A DNA stretch of 32,352 bases from Bacteroidia bacterium (GCA_044370815.1 JBILUU010000001.1:1-32352), one strand, 5' to 3'; numbered from the stretch's first letter, positions 10,531 to 21,121 are shown. Notes: a model not told the origin generated them from the sequence alone. Translations and numbers: made by a program.

Positions 10531-10563
10531 AAAAAATCCTTCCTTTTCTGAAGGATTTTTTTT
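10531..10563 (+). terminator. Rho-independent terminator (A-run/T-run flanked, potentially bidirectional)
   Basis: aaaaaaatccttc-(cttttct)-gaaggattttttttt. The stem is 7 bp or longer and is followed by a T run, directly after the stop at 10519. Confidence 0.7.
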
Positions 10564-10757
10564 AATTATGTTTTAAGCTGCATTACAATCATTTTATTTC
10601 TTTAACGTGAGGTGTGAACTCACAAAATCGAATTTAACCCAGATTCCAATAATGCGTTTGCATTAGAAATAAATAGCTAACATTTTTCATTGTAGTGCGG
10701 TGTTTGAAAAAAATTCTGCAATTGCTTGTTCAATTTTATTCCCAATTGTTCATATCA

Positions 10758-10792
10758 TTTGAATGAACGAGCATGCTTGTTTATTATTTTTG
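10758..10792 (+). promoter_or_regulatory. Candidate Bacteroidota sigma-A promoter for thyA (-33 TTTG / -7 TAnnTTTG)
   Basis: TTTG at 10758-10761 and TATTTTTG at 10785-10792, with the thyA ATG 17 nt downstream. This is a consensus match by eye only, and the 23-nt spacing is slightly long. Confidence 0.35.
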
Positions 10793-10808
10793 TGTAAAAT
10801 ATTATAGC

Positions 10809-11603
10809 ATGCAACAATATCACGAATTATTACAACATGTTTTGTCAATAGGCACTTTTAAATCTGACCGCACAGGCACAGGAACAACAAGTGTATTTGG
10901 GTATCAAATGCGCTTTAATTTGCAGGATGGATTCCCTTTGATGACAACAAAAAAGTTGCATACCAAGAGCATCATTCACGAGCTTTTGTGGTTTTTAAAA
11001 GGAAGCACCAATATTGCCTATTTGAAAGAAAATGGAGTAAGTATTTGGGATGAATGGGCCGATGAAGCAGGCAATTTAGGGCCAGTATACGGTTATCAGT
11101 GGAGAAGTTGGCCAACACCTAACGGAGGTCATATCGATCAAATTAGTAATGTGATTGAAAGTATTAAAAAAAATCCTGACTCGCGCAGACTCATTGTGAG
11201 CGCTTGGAATGTTGCCGATATTGAACAAATGAAATTACCTCCTTGCCACGCATTTTTTCAGTTTTATGTAGCAAATGGAAAGCTTAGTTGTCAGCTATAT
11301 CAAAGGAGTGCAGATATTTTCTTGGGCGTTCCTTTCAACATTGCTTCTTATGCCTTACTCACGCATATGGTGGCTCAAGTATGCAATCTTCAAGTTGGTG
11401 ACTTTATTCACACGCTCGGTGATGCACACATCTATGCTAATCACATGGAGCAGGTAAAACTGCAACTTAGCAGAGATTTTAGGCCGTTGCCAACATTAAA
11501 AATGAATCCTGCGGTTAATCATATTTTTGATTTCACTTTTGAGGATTTCACTATTGAAGGCTATGATCCTCACCCAGCCATTAAGGCCGCTGTGGCAGTG
11601 TAG
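10809..11603 (+). CDS. thyA: Thymidylate synthase
   Basis: [13 protein letters not shown]-terminus, active-site PPCH ([10 protein letters not shown]), RLIVSAWN, and a 264-aa length from the ATG at 10809. The longer track ORF adds 12 unlikely residues. Confidence 0.95.
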   Translation: MQQYHELLQHVLSIGTFKSDRTGTGTTSVFGYQMRFNLQDGFPLMTTKKLHTKSIIHELLWFLKGSTNIAYLKENGVSIWDEWADEAGNLGPVYGYQWRSWPTPNGGHIDQISNVIESIKKNPDSRRLIVSAWNVADIEQMKLPPCHAFFQFYVANGKLSCQLYQRSADIFLGVPFNIASYALLTHMVAQVCNLQVGDFIHTLGDAHIYANHMEQVKLQLSRDFRPLPTLKMNPAVNHIFDFTFEDFTIEGYDPHPAIKAAVAV

Positions 11604-11624
11604 TATGTATCAATGTTGAAGGCA

Positions 11625-12332
11625 TCAATCCATTGATGCTTCGAATTGTTCGCAAAAGTATTTGTTGAAGAGCTGCTTTACCTCTGCCATTTCTACCTCG
11701 TGACCCAACTCTTGTTTTAAGGAGGTTACAGCTTTATCATCAATCCCGCAGGGAACAATGTGTTTAAAATAATCAAGGTTTGTATTTACATTGAAAGCAA
11801 ATCCGTGCATGGTTACCCATCGGCTGCATCGTACGCCCATAGCACATATTTTACGCGCATTTTCCTTGTCTGCATCTAACCATACACCGGTATAACCTTC
11901 GTAGCGTCCTGCTTTAATTCCATAATGAGCGCAAACATTGATAATAGATTCCTCTAAAAAGCGCAAGTATTTATGAATATCGGTAAAAAAATTATCGAGG
12001 TCAATAATTGGGTAACCAACCAATTGTCCGGGGCCGTGATAGGTAATGTCTCCACCTCTGTTAATCTTATAGTAAACAGCATTTATGGCTGCTAGTTGTT
12101 GTTGGTTAACCAGCAGGTTTTCTGGTTTTCCGCTCTTGCCCAAAGTATACACATGAGGATGCTCACAAAGCAAAAGGTAGTTGGGTGTTTCAGTTGGCGG
12201 AGCATCTTCCGCACTACGGTTTATAACTTTAATGTTTACGGTATTGGCAAAAATTTCTTCTTGTAATTTCCAGGCATCGGCATAGTCAATGAGACCTAAA
12301 TCTTGGTAAATTACCTTTTTATTTTTTTGCAT
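11625..12332 (-). CDS. lipB: Lipoyl(octanoyl) transferase
   Basis: RGGDITYHGPGQLVGYP motif and KICAMGVRCSRWVTMHGFAFN, which contains the catalytic Cys/Lys region. Confidence 0.93.
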   Translation of the reverse strand: MQKNKKVIYQDLGLIDYADAWKLQEEIFANTVNIKVINRSAEDAPPTETPNYLLLCEHPHVYTLGKSGKPENLLVNQQQLAAINAVYYKINRGGDITYHGPGQLVGYPIIDLDNFFTDIHKYLRFLEESIINVCAHYGIKAGRYEGYTGVWLDADKENARKICAMGVRCSRWVTMHGFAFNVNTNLDYFKHIVPCGIDDKAVTSLKQELGHEVEMAEVKQLFNKYFCEQFEASMD

Positions 12333-12337
12333 GTTTG

Positions 12338-13330
12338 CTAATCCATTTTAGATAGCTCTGATTTCAAGTGATTGATGATAGAGATATCGATTGCATCAAC
12401 TTGTTTAACATCGGCAATTGCACAGCTAATCCAATCACCAATATGTATCATGTAAAGTGCTCTTTGCATTGGGCTTTCGCCTTTGGCATGTATTTCAATA
12501 ATTGTTTGACAATACTTAGAAAAAACCTCTTTGCATACTTCAAGTCGCTTTACAGAGCGATAGTAATCAGTGCTGTAGCGGAAAACGATGACTGCTAAAT
12601 GCTCATTTTTTTCTGTCCAACCTACCAACTCATTATGGTTCATTTCGGGAATCACATGATGCCAACAAAGCATTTTACTATTCTCATTAAGTTGTTGTCT
12701 GAAGCGAATTGCAACACCTTCTGTATTTCCGATTGTGTAAATTATAGGTAGTTTATGATATATTTGAGAAGCTATTTGTGTAGCTTCCTTAATGATGGAA
12801 TGCTGCTCCTGATCAAGCAAAGCTATGGTTTTTTCAATTTCAGAAAGATAGTGTTGTGAAATGATTTGATGGAATTGTAGCGTATTAATTATTTGACAAA
12901 TAGAATAGCCAATGCATGAGCGGGGAGGAAATCCTGCGGGTAACATAATGCAATCAATTTGCTCTTGTTTGGCTATAGCAGCTGCTTCGCCACCGGAAGT
13001 TATAATGGTAATTTTTGCTTTTGCTTTGATACAATGTTTTAATACATGAATTGTTTCTTCAGTATTTCCGCTGTAGGTGCAAATGATGGCAAGTGTATGT
13101 TGGTTGATAAAAGCAGGCGCGCTGTAATCTTTGTTGATAACGATTGGGCAAATTGCATCATTGCTTACAATTTCAGAAACTATTGAGCCGCCTATACCAG
13201 AACCGCCTAATCCAGATATCAGTACTTGATTAATACTTTCAGTAGCTCTGCTGAGCTGCGCACTATGGGCAATTGAGATTGCTTTTTGAAGTTGCTTAGG
13301 GAATTCAGCAACCAAATCTTTCATAATCAT
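12338..13330 (-). CDS. SIS-domain bifunctional phosphoglucose/phosphomannose isomerase-like protein
   Basis: SIS motif GLGGSGIGGSI, a second half with YSGNTEET, and a length of about 330 aa typical of the PGI/PMI family. A 5-nt gap to lipB suggests an operon. Confidence 0.75.
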   Translation of the reverse strand: MIMKDLVAEFPKQLQKAISIAHSAQLSRATESINQVLISGLGGSGIGGSIVSEIVSNDAICPIVINKDYSAPAFINQHTLAIICTYSGNTEETIHVLKHCIKAKAKITIITSGGEAAAIAKQEQIDCIMLPAGFPPRSCIGYSICQIINTLQFHQIISQHYLSEIEKTIALLDQEQHSIIKEATQIASQIYHKLPIIYTIGNTEGVAIRFRQQLNENSKMLCWHHVIPEMNHNELVGWTEKNEHLAVIVFRYSTDYYRSVKRLEVCKEVFSKYCQTIIEIHAKGESPMQRALYMIHIGDWISCAIADVKQVDAIDISIINHLKSELSKMD

Positions 13331-13434
13331 ATACTAACTAAATAAAGAAGCGCAATTTACAAAAAAAGCAATTGTAATTTATCTTAAGATTGAATCATTA
13401 TTAAGAAATGCCTATTTATACAACTGAAGTCACA

Positions 13435-14151
13435 TTATTTTTTCAAGTTAATTTTGGCAACAACCTCATTTTTCTCGATATAGCCATCATGTCTCCAATC
13501 TTGAACACCGTTTTGATAAAGGATTAGCACAGGAAGTGCATCTACCTTTAGTGATTGCAGCAAAGCTTTATTTTTATCTGCATCAATCCTCACTACCTTT
13601 ACCTCTGCCGACATTTCCTTGCTGATTTCATCCAAATAGGGCTTCATTTTCTTACAAGGGGCGCACCATTCGGCATAAAAATCAACAAGTACCTTTTTGT
13701 ATGACCTCGTTAATTGATTGTAATCATCTACACTCATACCCGGGTTCTTGTCAGTATTATTGTTGCTTTCGGGCAACCCTGCAGCACGCCATTTCATCAT
13801 GCCGCCATTCATTTCATACACTTGTTTAAAACCTGTTGCTCTCATATGCGCTGCAGCTGAGGAACTTCTTCCACCGCTTAAGCAATATACAAATGCGGGT
13901 TTTTGTTTGTCGAGACTCGAAATTTGAGCATCAAAATTATTACCATTCCAATCATAGTTAATAGCATTGCTCAAATGTCCGCCTTGAAATTCATCGGCAG
14001 TTCTAACGTCAATTAATTGCGCATCTTTAGTTTGTTTTAATTTAGCATCGAACTCATTTGCACTGAGCACAAACCCAGTATTTTGACCATTGCTGCATGC
14101 ACTCAAAATTACAAGAATCATCAGTAATGCGTGTATTATTTTTTTCATCAT
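13435..14151 (-). CDS. Rhodanese-thioredoxin fusion lipoprotein
   Basis: Lipobox ILSAC, rhodanese active-site loop YCLSGGRSS, and a C-terminal thioredoxin fold with WCAPC. Confidence 0.85.
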   Translation of the reverse strand: MMKKIIHALLMILVILSACSNGQNTGFVLSANEFDAKLKQTKDAQLIDVRTADEFQGGHLSNAINYDWNGNNFDAQISSLDKQKPAFVYCLSGGRSSSAAAHMRATGFKQVYEMNGGMMKWRAAGLPESNNNTDKNPGMSVDDYNQLTRSYKKVLVDFYAEWCAPCKKMKPYLDEISKEMSAEVKVVRIDADKNKALLQSLKVDALPVLILYQNGVQDWRHDGYIEKNEVVAKINLKK

Positions 14152-14308
14152 GAATTAGGTTTATTGATTTAATATGTAATGATATTATTTGCTTGTTTTC
14201 ATCCCTTTTTTATTTCATCTTTTTTAGACAAATGCGATTGCAAATCTATAAATATCTGATTATTTTACATGATCGTGTGTAGCTCATCAGAATACCTTGT
14301 GTACTGCC

Positions 14309-14605
14309 TTACATATAACTATTAAGTATCTGCAATAACTGTTGGGCCTGCACAACTCCTGATTGACGCCATTTCATTTCTCCTTTTTTAAAAATCATCA
14401 AGGTGGGTACTCCTTGTATGTGATACTGAGCGGCCACAGCATTGTTTTTGTCCACATCAATTTTTATAATCGTAGCCTTATCACCCACTAAATTTTTCAA
14501 CTCATCTAAAACAGGCTTCATCATTTTGCAGGGGCCGCACCACTCTGCAAAAAAATCTATTAGTACAGGTTTTTCCGACTGAATGATGTCATTGAAAGTA
14601 GCCAT
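14309..14605 (-). CDS. trxA: Thioredoxin
   Basis: 98 aa with a WCGPC active site and a [11 protein letters not shown] motif. Confidence 0.9.
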   Translation of the reverse strand: MATFNDIIQSEKPVLIDFFAEWCGPCKMMKPVLDELKNLVGDKATIIKIDVDKNNAVAAQYHIQGVPTLMIFKKGEMKWRQSGVVQAQQLLQILNSYM

Positions 14606-14610
14606 GGAGT

Positions 14611-14997
14611 TTAGTCTTTAATTACTTTTTTATAAATGGGGTCGTATGAAATAAAGAAGTTAAGCCATAGAATCCGCGACCAGCGGGCAAGCAGTGGAAA
14701 AAGTAGCAATAATATTCCGATGATCCACATCAAAAAATCAAATAAGGGTAATTCTAAAAAATAAATTTGAAGGAGGTAGGCAACAATAAAAATTCCTGAT
14801 GTAAATGCGTATGAAACATACATGGCACCGAAGAAAAATCCTGGCTCCTTTTCAAATTTTAAACCGCAATGAGCACAATTTTCTTCGGTAGTCAACAACT
14901 GATTGATTCGATAGGGCGGATAACTGAGCATTTTACTCTGATGACAACGCGGACATTTATTCATCAAAACAGAATAGCTGATATTGGTTAATTGCAT
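14611..14997 (-). CDS. DUF983-like zinc-ribbon membrane protein
   Basis: CPRC...CAHC zinc-ribbon pair followed by two or three TM helices. There is a 5-nt gap to trxA. Confidence 0.65.
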   Translation of the reverse strand: MQLTNISYSVLMNKCPRCHQSKMLSYPPYRINQLLTTEENCAHCGLKFEKEPGFFFGAMYVSYAFTSGIFIVAYLLQIYFLELPLFDFLMWIIGILLLLFPLLARWSRILWLNFFISYDPIYKKVIKD

Positions 14998-15135
14998 AAA
15001 AGTAAATTAATGCAACAAAGGTGAGTTTAATTAATTGGATAAAAAGTGACTTTTGTTACATTTTGTATTTTTTTTAGAAATAATAATATGTCAAAAGAGT
15101 TGTCAAACCAATATACAGTCTAATAACTAAACGTT

Positions 15136-15906
15136 TTAATTCCTTAGGATAAGTCTTCCTATGTTGTTTTCTGTTTTTATGATATTGGATGGATTGCCAT
15201 AACAGTATGTGTTTCCCACGTATTGTACAAGTGCTTCAAGCTTTTCTTCGGCATAAAAAAAATGATCGCTTGAGCTGATGTTATTGGTGTATACTCGCTT
15301 GCATTTGAATTGCTGCATACGAAAGGTGCCGCTGCTTCTTGCATAGGCGTAAAGCTGAGTAGCTTTTCCGCTTACAATTAAATCGGCCACACCCGTATGA
15401 ATATTGGTATATACCAGTGGCACGTCAAGATTTAATTTGATGCTATCCATGCCATCATAACAGTTAAATGTAAAAGTATTTGTAGTGATTGTATTCAGTG
15501 AGGTTACAGCAGCAGTTCCGCGGTAAATTAATTCATTTAAATTTTTAAAGTGAATAACAATATCAATTTGATTGCCAATTTTACGGGCAAAATTACATCG
15601 GTTGTTGTTGCGCAGGGTTAATTTATTTTTCTCAATCGTGCTTTGTACCTCAGATAATAAATTTTCGCCTCCCTTAATTTCAATGAGGTTGATGCTATCT
15701 TGTATCAAATAAACGGGCATGTTGTTGTATATTTCAATGACTGAAAAATCTGATAGATTTCGTGTTTCGGTAATGATTTTGCCCGTGCGCTTGATACATT
15801 CAAAATTTGCTCCCTGTTGACATGAACTCCCCAAAATCATGAGCACAATCAATGCGGCAGATGGTGGTTTGCAAAAAGTAACAGATATAGAAGTGCCGAA
15901 TTTCAA
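15136..15906 (-). CDS. Putative lipoprotein, DUF2807/head-GIN-domain-like beta-helix protein
   Basis: Lipobox LGSSC and a repetitive beta-strand-rich sequence. The start is uncertain: the track start is a TTG, and the first ATG at 15840 would leave no signal peptide. Confidence 0.5.
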   Translation of the reverse strand: MKFGTSISVTFCKPPSAALIVLMILGSSCQQGANFECIKRTGKIITETRNLSDFSVIEIYNNMPVYLIQDSINLIEIKGGENLLSEVQSTIEKNKLTLRNNNRCNFARKIGNQIDIVIHFKNLNELIYRGTAAVTSLNTITTNTFTFNCYDGMDSIKLNLDVPLVYTNIHTGVADLIVSGKATQLYAYARSSGTFRMQQFKCKRVYTNNISSSDHFFYAEEKLEALVQYVGNTYCYGNPSNIIKTENNIGRLILRN

Positions 15907-15965
15907 AACAATCTAATTATATTTCAAAATTAAGAAAAGTTATGCTTTTCATAGCATCAAATGAC

Positions 15966-17684
15966 TCAATTTTCAATTCTAAAAACCGGATATCTATGTG
16001 CTGATTTTTCATACTCAGGAGCATTTTTGAAAATCCATGAAAGTTGCTCATAGTGGTTGTTATGAAGATTTTTTTCTTTCACATACTTATTCAGTTTAAA
16101 TTGTAATTCAGGATTTTCTTTTAAAATTTTCTCAGCCGTTTCCTCATATACATAATCGCTGAACCATTCTTTTTGTTGCAAGGCACTATCAAAAAAATTC
16201 CAACTGAAATAGGAGTCAATCGCCTTTGGTTCCAATGTTTCTACAATAAATCTATTACTTGTTTGATTGCAGGGAATCAAATAATCGCCACGATGAAAAT
16301 GGATGAGCATTTCTTCCTTTCTAACCTCAATGTTGCTGTGCAAGTAATGCCCTTCATAAGGTTTTGAGGTTGTTTTGTAGTTTTCGATGTAATAGCCTTT
16401 TACCAATATGTTAGAGTCTCTTTCTAGTTTAGTCATTTTTACGCCATTGATTTGTAGCAAATTTATTACCTCTGACCAAGCTTGTGGAATCAAATATCCC
16501 TTAGGTTTTTCAACATCATCAACCGGGTTATAGTAATTGAAATACTTCACCGCTTTAATAAATGACTTGTTGCGGTCGTAATAGAGGCGATTGAGTCCGC
16601 TGATATTGCTTTTTTTATAGCCGGCTTCATACCCTTTGAAACTCATTAAATCGAAGCGAGAAGTGTCGATAACCCAATTGAGAGCGAAGCTTTTTTGTGT
16701 ATTGGCGATATCCTCGTCCGCACGTTTTTTGATACTGATTATTTCATCGGCATACCTATTGGTAATCGACATCAAGGTAATTAATAAATCATAGGTTGCC
16801 TTTACCTGAATAGGATAGGGCTTAAGCATGTGTGCTTCCGTAACAAAGCCAAGTATATTGTAAAGAGCGGTATATCCGGTAGCAAACCTGGGAGTTTCTA
16901 AAAAACCTACGAGGCCGCTATCAGGTGTTTCTTTAAGCGTATTTACATAAGGGCACATTTCATTGTTTTTCAATTTCATGTCAGCATAAATGGCAGGAAC
17001 CATTTTTGAGTTTAAAAAGTTTCCGGGCAGCGCATGCATTTTATTCTGTTGTGAAACAATCAAGGTCATGTTATAGCTGTAGTCGGCTCCGTTGCTGATG
17101 TGCGTGTCAATAAATACATGAGGTTTAACAAGTTGTATTAATTCTATTAGAGAACGTGTATTTTTTGCATCGCACTTAATAAAGTCTCTATTCAAATCCA
17201 AATTTCGGGCATTGCCTCTAAAACCGTGCTCTTTGGGCCCATTTTGATTGGCACGTGAGCAGCAACCTCTATTGAGGCCTCCATCAATATTATAAAATGG
17301 CACAATACACACCACTACCTTTTCGAGTAAAGATTGCAACTCTTTTTTATTCAAAAGGTCTTCGCTAAAACTCAAACATGCATCAACACCGCAAGGCTCA
17401 CCGGCATGAATACCGTTATTAATGAACACAATGGCCTTATTTTTATTTCTGATGGATACGAAATCAAAATCTTTGTCACCTGAAATTACAAAGAGGTGTA
17501 GCGGCAAGCCCACATCTGTGTTACCCGCCTCCATGAGCCGCGTTTGACTGTATTTTTTTTCGAGATTTTTGTAGAAATCTATACACTCTTGATAGGTAAC
17601 AGTTTCATTTTCAAGATACTTTTGTTTGACATTTTGCGCATGGCCAACAACAGTAATCAGCATGAGCAGTAATATTTTTTTCAT
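15966..17684 (-). CDS. M14-family zinc carboxypeptidase (secreted)
   Basis: Signal peptide, HxxE zinc motif (GIHAGEPCG), NRDF motif (DLNRDFIK), and a downstream His (DTHISNG). Confidence 0.85.
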   Translation of the reverse strand: MKKILLLMLITVVGHAQNVKQKYLENETVTYQECIDFYKNLEKKYSQTRLMEAGNTDVGLPLHLFVISGDKDFDFVSIRNKNKAIVFINNGIHAGEPCGVDACLSFSEDLLNKKELQSLLEKVVVCIVPFYNIDGGLNRGCCSRANQNGPKEHGFRGNARNLDLNRDFIKCDAKNTRSLIELIQLVKPHVFIDTHISNGADYSYNMTLIVSQQNKMHALPGNFLNSKMVPAIYADMKLKNNEMCPYVNTLKETPDSGLVGFLETPRFATGYTALYNILGFVTEAHMLKPYPIQVKATYDLLITLMSITNRYADEIISIKKRADEDIANTQKSFALNWVIDTSRFDLMSFKGYEAGYKKSNISGLNRLYYDRNKSFIKAVKYFNYYNPVDDVEKPKGYLIPQAWSEVINLLQINGVKMTKLERDSNILVKGYYIENYKTTSKPYEGHYLHSNIEVRKEEMLIHFHRGDYLIPCNQTSNRFIVETLEPKAIDSYFSWNFFDSALQQKEWFSDYVYEETAEKILKENPELQFKLNKYVKEKNLHNNHYEQLSWIFKNAPEYEKSAHRYPVFRIEN

Positions 17685-17832
17685 ACGTTTGAATGGATTC
17701 CCAAATTAAAGCAATTGACAGATATGCTGCAACTGTAAACAAAAAAATATCTTGTATTGTTATAGCTTACTTATACTTCAAATTATAAGAATTTTAATAA
17801 AATGATAATTTTGAACTCGTAAAATTTATATT

Positions 17833-18246
17833 ATGAACTATTGGTTGATTAAATCAGAACCTTTCAAATATAGTTGGGAGCAATTCAGCAAGGATAAAAA
17901 ATGTGTTTGGGATGGTGTAAGAAATTATGCTGCACGAAACAATCTCAAAGCCATGAAAAAAGGTGATCTAGCCCTGTTTTATCATAGTAATGAGGGTATG
18001 GAAATTGTTGGCATAGCTAAGGTAGTAAAAGAGTTTTATCAAGATCCTACAACAACAGAAACAGCATGGGTGGCAGTGGATTTTACTCCCTTTAAAGCTT
18101 TAAAAAAGCCCGTTTCTTTGGCACAAATTAAAGCAGATAAGTTACTCGAAAACATGGATTTGGTAAGACTTGCCCGTCTGTCGGTAGGTACCGTAAAGGA
18201 ATTTGAGTTCGATAGGATATTGGCCTTGTCAGAAACCAAGGCATAG
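17833..18246 (+). CDS. EVE (PUA-like) domain protein
   Basis: MNYWLIKSEP...WDGVRNYAARNNLKAMKKGDLALFYHSN is the characteristic EVE/DUF55 N-terminal signature, in a stand-alone 137-aa protein. Confidence 0.85.
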   Translation: MNYWLIKSEPFKYSWEQFSKDKKCVWDGVRNYAARNNLKAMKKGDLALFYHSNEGMEIVGIAKVVKEFYQDPTTTETAWVAVDFTPFKALKKPVSLAQIKADKLLENMDLVRLARLSVGTVKEFEFDRILALSETKA

Positions 18247-18325
18247 TTGTTATTTCCTTTTCTGATTAATTTTAGGCAGTATCCATATACATTCCTATAT
18301 TTACACCCTTTTTACTATTATCAAT

Positions 18326-20650
18326 ATGCGATTGAATAAGAAATTTACATTTACGGTCTGTTTGATTTTTCTCTTTGCTTGCGTGCAAGTTTTTGCTCAA
18401 AATGGAAACATCAGGGGTTTTGTATATGAATCTGAATCTGCCGAGCCGGTTATATTCACATCCGTTATTCTTAAAGGAACAACCTTTGGCGCGCAAACTG
18501 ATGTTAATGGATATTTTTCAATAACCAAGTTGCCTGCCGGGTCATACACCTTGATGATTACTATGCTCGGTCATGACACATTAATTGAGAAAATCAATCT
18601 CAAAGAAAATGAAATTCTTACCAAGAAATTATTCACTAAAAAATCTTCCATAAAGCTTAAAGAGTTTGAGATATCGGCTGAAAAAAAAGAACAGCTTACT
18701 GAAGTACGCACATCGGTTACCAAAATTACGCCTCAAGACATTAAGAAAATTCCTTCAGTTGGTGGTGAGCCCGATTTAGCTCAATATCTTCAAGTGTTGC
18801 CAGGTGTTATTTTTACCGGAGATCAAGGAGGGCAACTTTACATTAGGGGTGGTGCTCCGGTTCAAAATAAAGTATTGCTCGATGGAATGATTATTTACAA
18901 CCCGTTTCACTCAATTGGTTTATTCTCGGTGTTTGATGCCGACTACATAAGGAATGCAGATGTTTATACAGGTGGATTTGGCGCACAATATGGTGGTCGT
19001 ATTTCATCTATTATGGATATCACCACGCGTGATGGTAACAAAAAAAGACTTTCGGGCAAGGTTGGAGCTACTACATTCGGGTCAAAAGTATTGCTCGAAG
19101 GTCCACTTAAAAAAGCCAAAGAAGATGGCGGTGGCTCATCGTCATTTTTGTTATCATTCAAAAACTCATTTCTTGAGCAAAGTTCTAAGTTGCTTTACAA
19201 CTATGTTGACACAGCAGGACTTCCATTTAATTTTACCGACTTTTACGGAAAAGTCTCCTTGAACGCTTCAAACGGCAGCAAGATCAATCTTTTTGGTTTC
19301 AATCAAACAGATGTTGTAAACTATAAAAACACCAGTAATTTAAAATGGTCACAAACTGGTTTAGGGTCTAATTTTATTGTTGTACCCTCAGGCTCTGCTG
19401 TTTTAATCAAAGGTAACTTTGCGTATTCAAAATATGGCATCACCATGGGCGAAGGCACCGAAAAGCCAAGAAGCAGTAGTATCAATGGATTTAACTTCGG
19501 TATCAACTTTACCTATTTCAAGCGCCAAAATGAGTTGAACTATGGGATTGATATACTTGGATTCAAAACAAAATTTGATTTTTACAACTTTAATTACAAG
19601 ATAACTCAAGAAGAAAATACCTCTGAACTTGCCGGCTACCTTAGGTACAAAATGATTTTTGGCAAGTTAATTATCGATCCTAGTATACGTATTCACTACT
19701 ATGCATCGTTGCAGGAAATTTCACCTGAACCAAGATTTGGTTTGAAATACAACCTTACCGATCGCTTTAGAATAAAAGCTTCGGGTGGAAGATACACACA
19801 GAACTTGCTTGCCGCAAATTCTGATCGTGATGTGGTTAACTTGTTTTACGGTTTTTTATCAGGGCCTGAAAACCTACCTCAAACTTTTGTGACACGAAAC
19901 GGAAACGTAAAGGATGTAAACAGCAAATTACAAAAAGCCCTTCATTACATTGCTGGATTTGAGTTTGATATCACCAACAAAATATCTTTGAATGTAGAAG
20001 GATATGATAAAGAGTTTACGCAACTCACTAACATCAACAGAAACAAAATCTTTGATGATGTGGCAGATAATTCTGCAAAGCCCGATACACTCAAAAAAGA
20101 TTATATCATTGAAAGTGGTTTTGCTAGAGGTATAGACTTTTTGCTGAAATTTGACTATAAAAAATTATATGTATGGGCAGTTTATTCTTATGGTTTTGTA
20201 AGAAGATGGGATGGTCAGCAGCTTTATCCACCTCATTTCGATAGAAGGCACAACATTAATCTTGTAAGTTCTTATGTTTTTGGTAAAGGTCTCAATTGGG
20301 AAATTGATGCACGCTGGAATTTTGGATCAGGTTTTCCTTTTACCCAAACACAAGGATTTTATGAAATGCTCGATTTGCAGGGTAATTTGAATAGTAATGT
20401 TGCCACTGCTAATGGTAATTTAGGTATATTATATGGAAAGCTAAATAACAAGCGTTTGCCCACTTATCATCGAATGGATATTAGTATCAAACGAAAATTT
20501 GCAATAAGTGAGAATGGGGTGTTGGAGGTAAATGCAGGAGTTACCAATGTATATAATCGAGAAAATGTATTTTATTTCAATCGTATAACTAACAGAATTG
20601 TAAATCAGCTTCCTGTTCTTCCTTCTATAGGGTTGAATATGACTTTCTGA
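18326..20650 (+). CDS. TonB-dependent receptor with N-terminal CarboxypepD_reg-like domain
   Basis: Signal peptide. The CarboxypepD_reg segment is GNIRGFVYE...TDVNGYFSITKLPAGSYTLMIT. The plug region reads PGVIFTGDQGGQLYIRGG, and the beta-barrel ends in a terminal aromatic residue (NMTF). Confidence 0.85.
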   Translation: MRLNKKFTFTVCLIFLFACVQVFAQNGNIRGFVYESESAEPVIFTSVILKGTTFGAQTDVNGYFSITKLPAGSYTLMITMLGHDTLIEKINLKENEILTKKLFTKKSSIKLKEFEISAEKKEQLTEVRTSVTKITPQDIKKIPSVGGEPDLAQYLQVLPGVIFTGDQGGQLYIRGGAPVQNKVLLDGMIIYNPFHSIGLFSVFDADYIRNADVYTGGFGAQYGGRISSIMDITTRDGNKKRLSGKVGATTFGSKVLLEGPLKKAKEDGGGSSSFLLSFKNSFLEQSSKLLYNYVDTAGLPFNFTDFYGKVSLNASNGSKINLFGFNQTDVVNYKNTSNLKWSQTGLGSNFIVVPSGSAVLIKGNFAYSKYGITMGEGTEKPRSSSINGFNFGINFTYFKRQNELNYGIDILGFKTKFDFYNFNYKITQEENTSELAGYLRYKMIFGKLIIDPSIRIHYYASLQEISPEPRFGLKYNLTDRFRIKASGGRYTQNLLAANSDRDVVNLFYGFLSGPENLPQTFVTRNGNVKDVNSKLQKALHYIAGFEFDITNKISLNVEGYDKEFTQLTNINRNKIFDDVADNSAKPDTLKKDYIIESGFARGIDFLLKFDYKKLYVWAVYSYGFVRRWDGQQLYPPHFDRRHNINLVSSYVFGKGLNWEIDARWNFGSGFPFTQTQGFYEMLDLQGNLNSNVATANGNLGILYGKLNNKRLPTYHRMDISIKRKFAISENGVLEVNAGVTNVYNRENVFYFNRITNRIVNQLPVLPSIGLNMTF

Positions 20651-20729
20651 TGAAAGCATAACACCTTCGTTCAAAATATTTTTTTTTAATGAAAATTAAT
20701 ATACATTTGAATTCATAAAACAACTGTTT

Positions 20730-21113
20730 ATGCAATCATTCTCATTAGAACAAACATCTAAAACACCTTATGTTCAATTTGACCCTAGCACCGGAAAATT
20801 TGAAATGAAAGGTAAGTCTATACCTGAAAACTCCAAATTATTTTATGTAGGTATGTTCGAATGGCTCGATCAGTACATTACTGCTCCTGCTGCAAACACC
20901 ACATTGGACGTTCAGCTCGACTATTTCAATACAAGCTCTGCAAAGTGTGTCATCGACTTATTCAAAAAGCTTGAAATGATTGAGAAAAACGGTTCTGGGA
21001 AAGTCACTATCAATTGGCATTATAACGAAGATGATGGTGATATGCAAGAAGCAGGTCAAGATTACCAATCAATTGTAAAAGTTAATTTTAATCTCATCTC
21101 ATTTATACAATAA
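20730..21113 (+). CDS. DUF1987 / SiaC-like partner-switch protein
   Basis: The pattern KGKSIPENS...LDVQLDYFNTSSAKCVIDLF...INWHYNEDDGDM follows the SiaC/DUF1987 family signature (G.S.PEN, Y.NTSS.K, W.Y..D). Confidence 0.8.
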   Translation: MQSFSLEQTSKTPYVQFDPSTGKFEMKGKSIPENSKLFYVGMFEWLDQYITAPAANTTLDVQLDYFNTSSAKCVIDLFKKLEMIEKNGSGKVTINWHYNEDDGDMQEAGQDYQSIVKVNFNLISFIQ

Positions 21114-21121
21114 ACACTTAT

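Noticed and set aside
18272-18496. A 74-aa minus-strand ORF overlaps the start of the TonB-dependent receptor gene.
   Set aside because: It is antisense to the receptor's signal-peptide region and promoter and has no supporting features.
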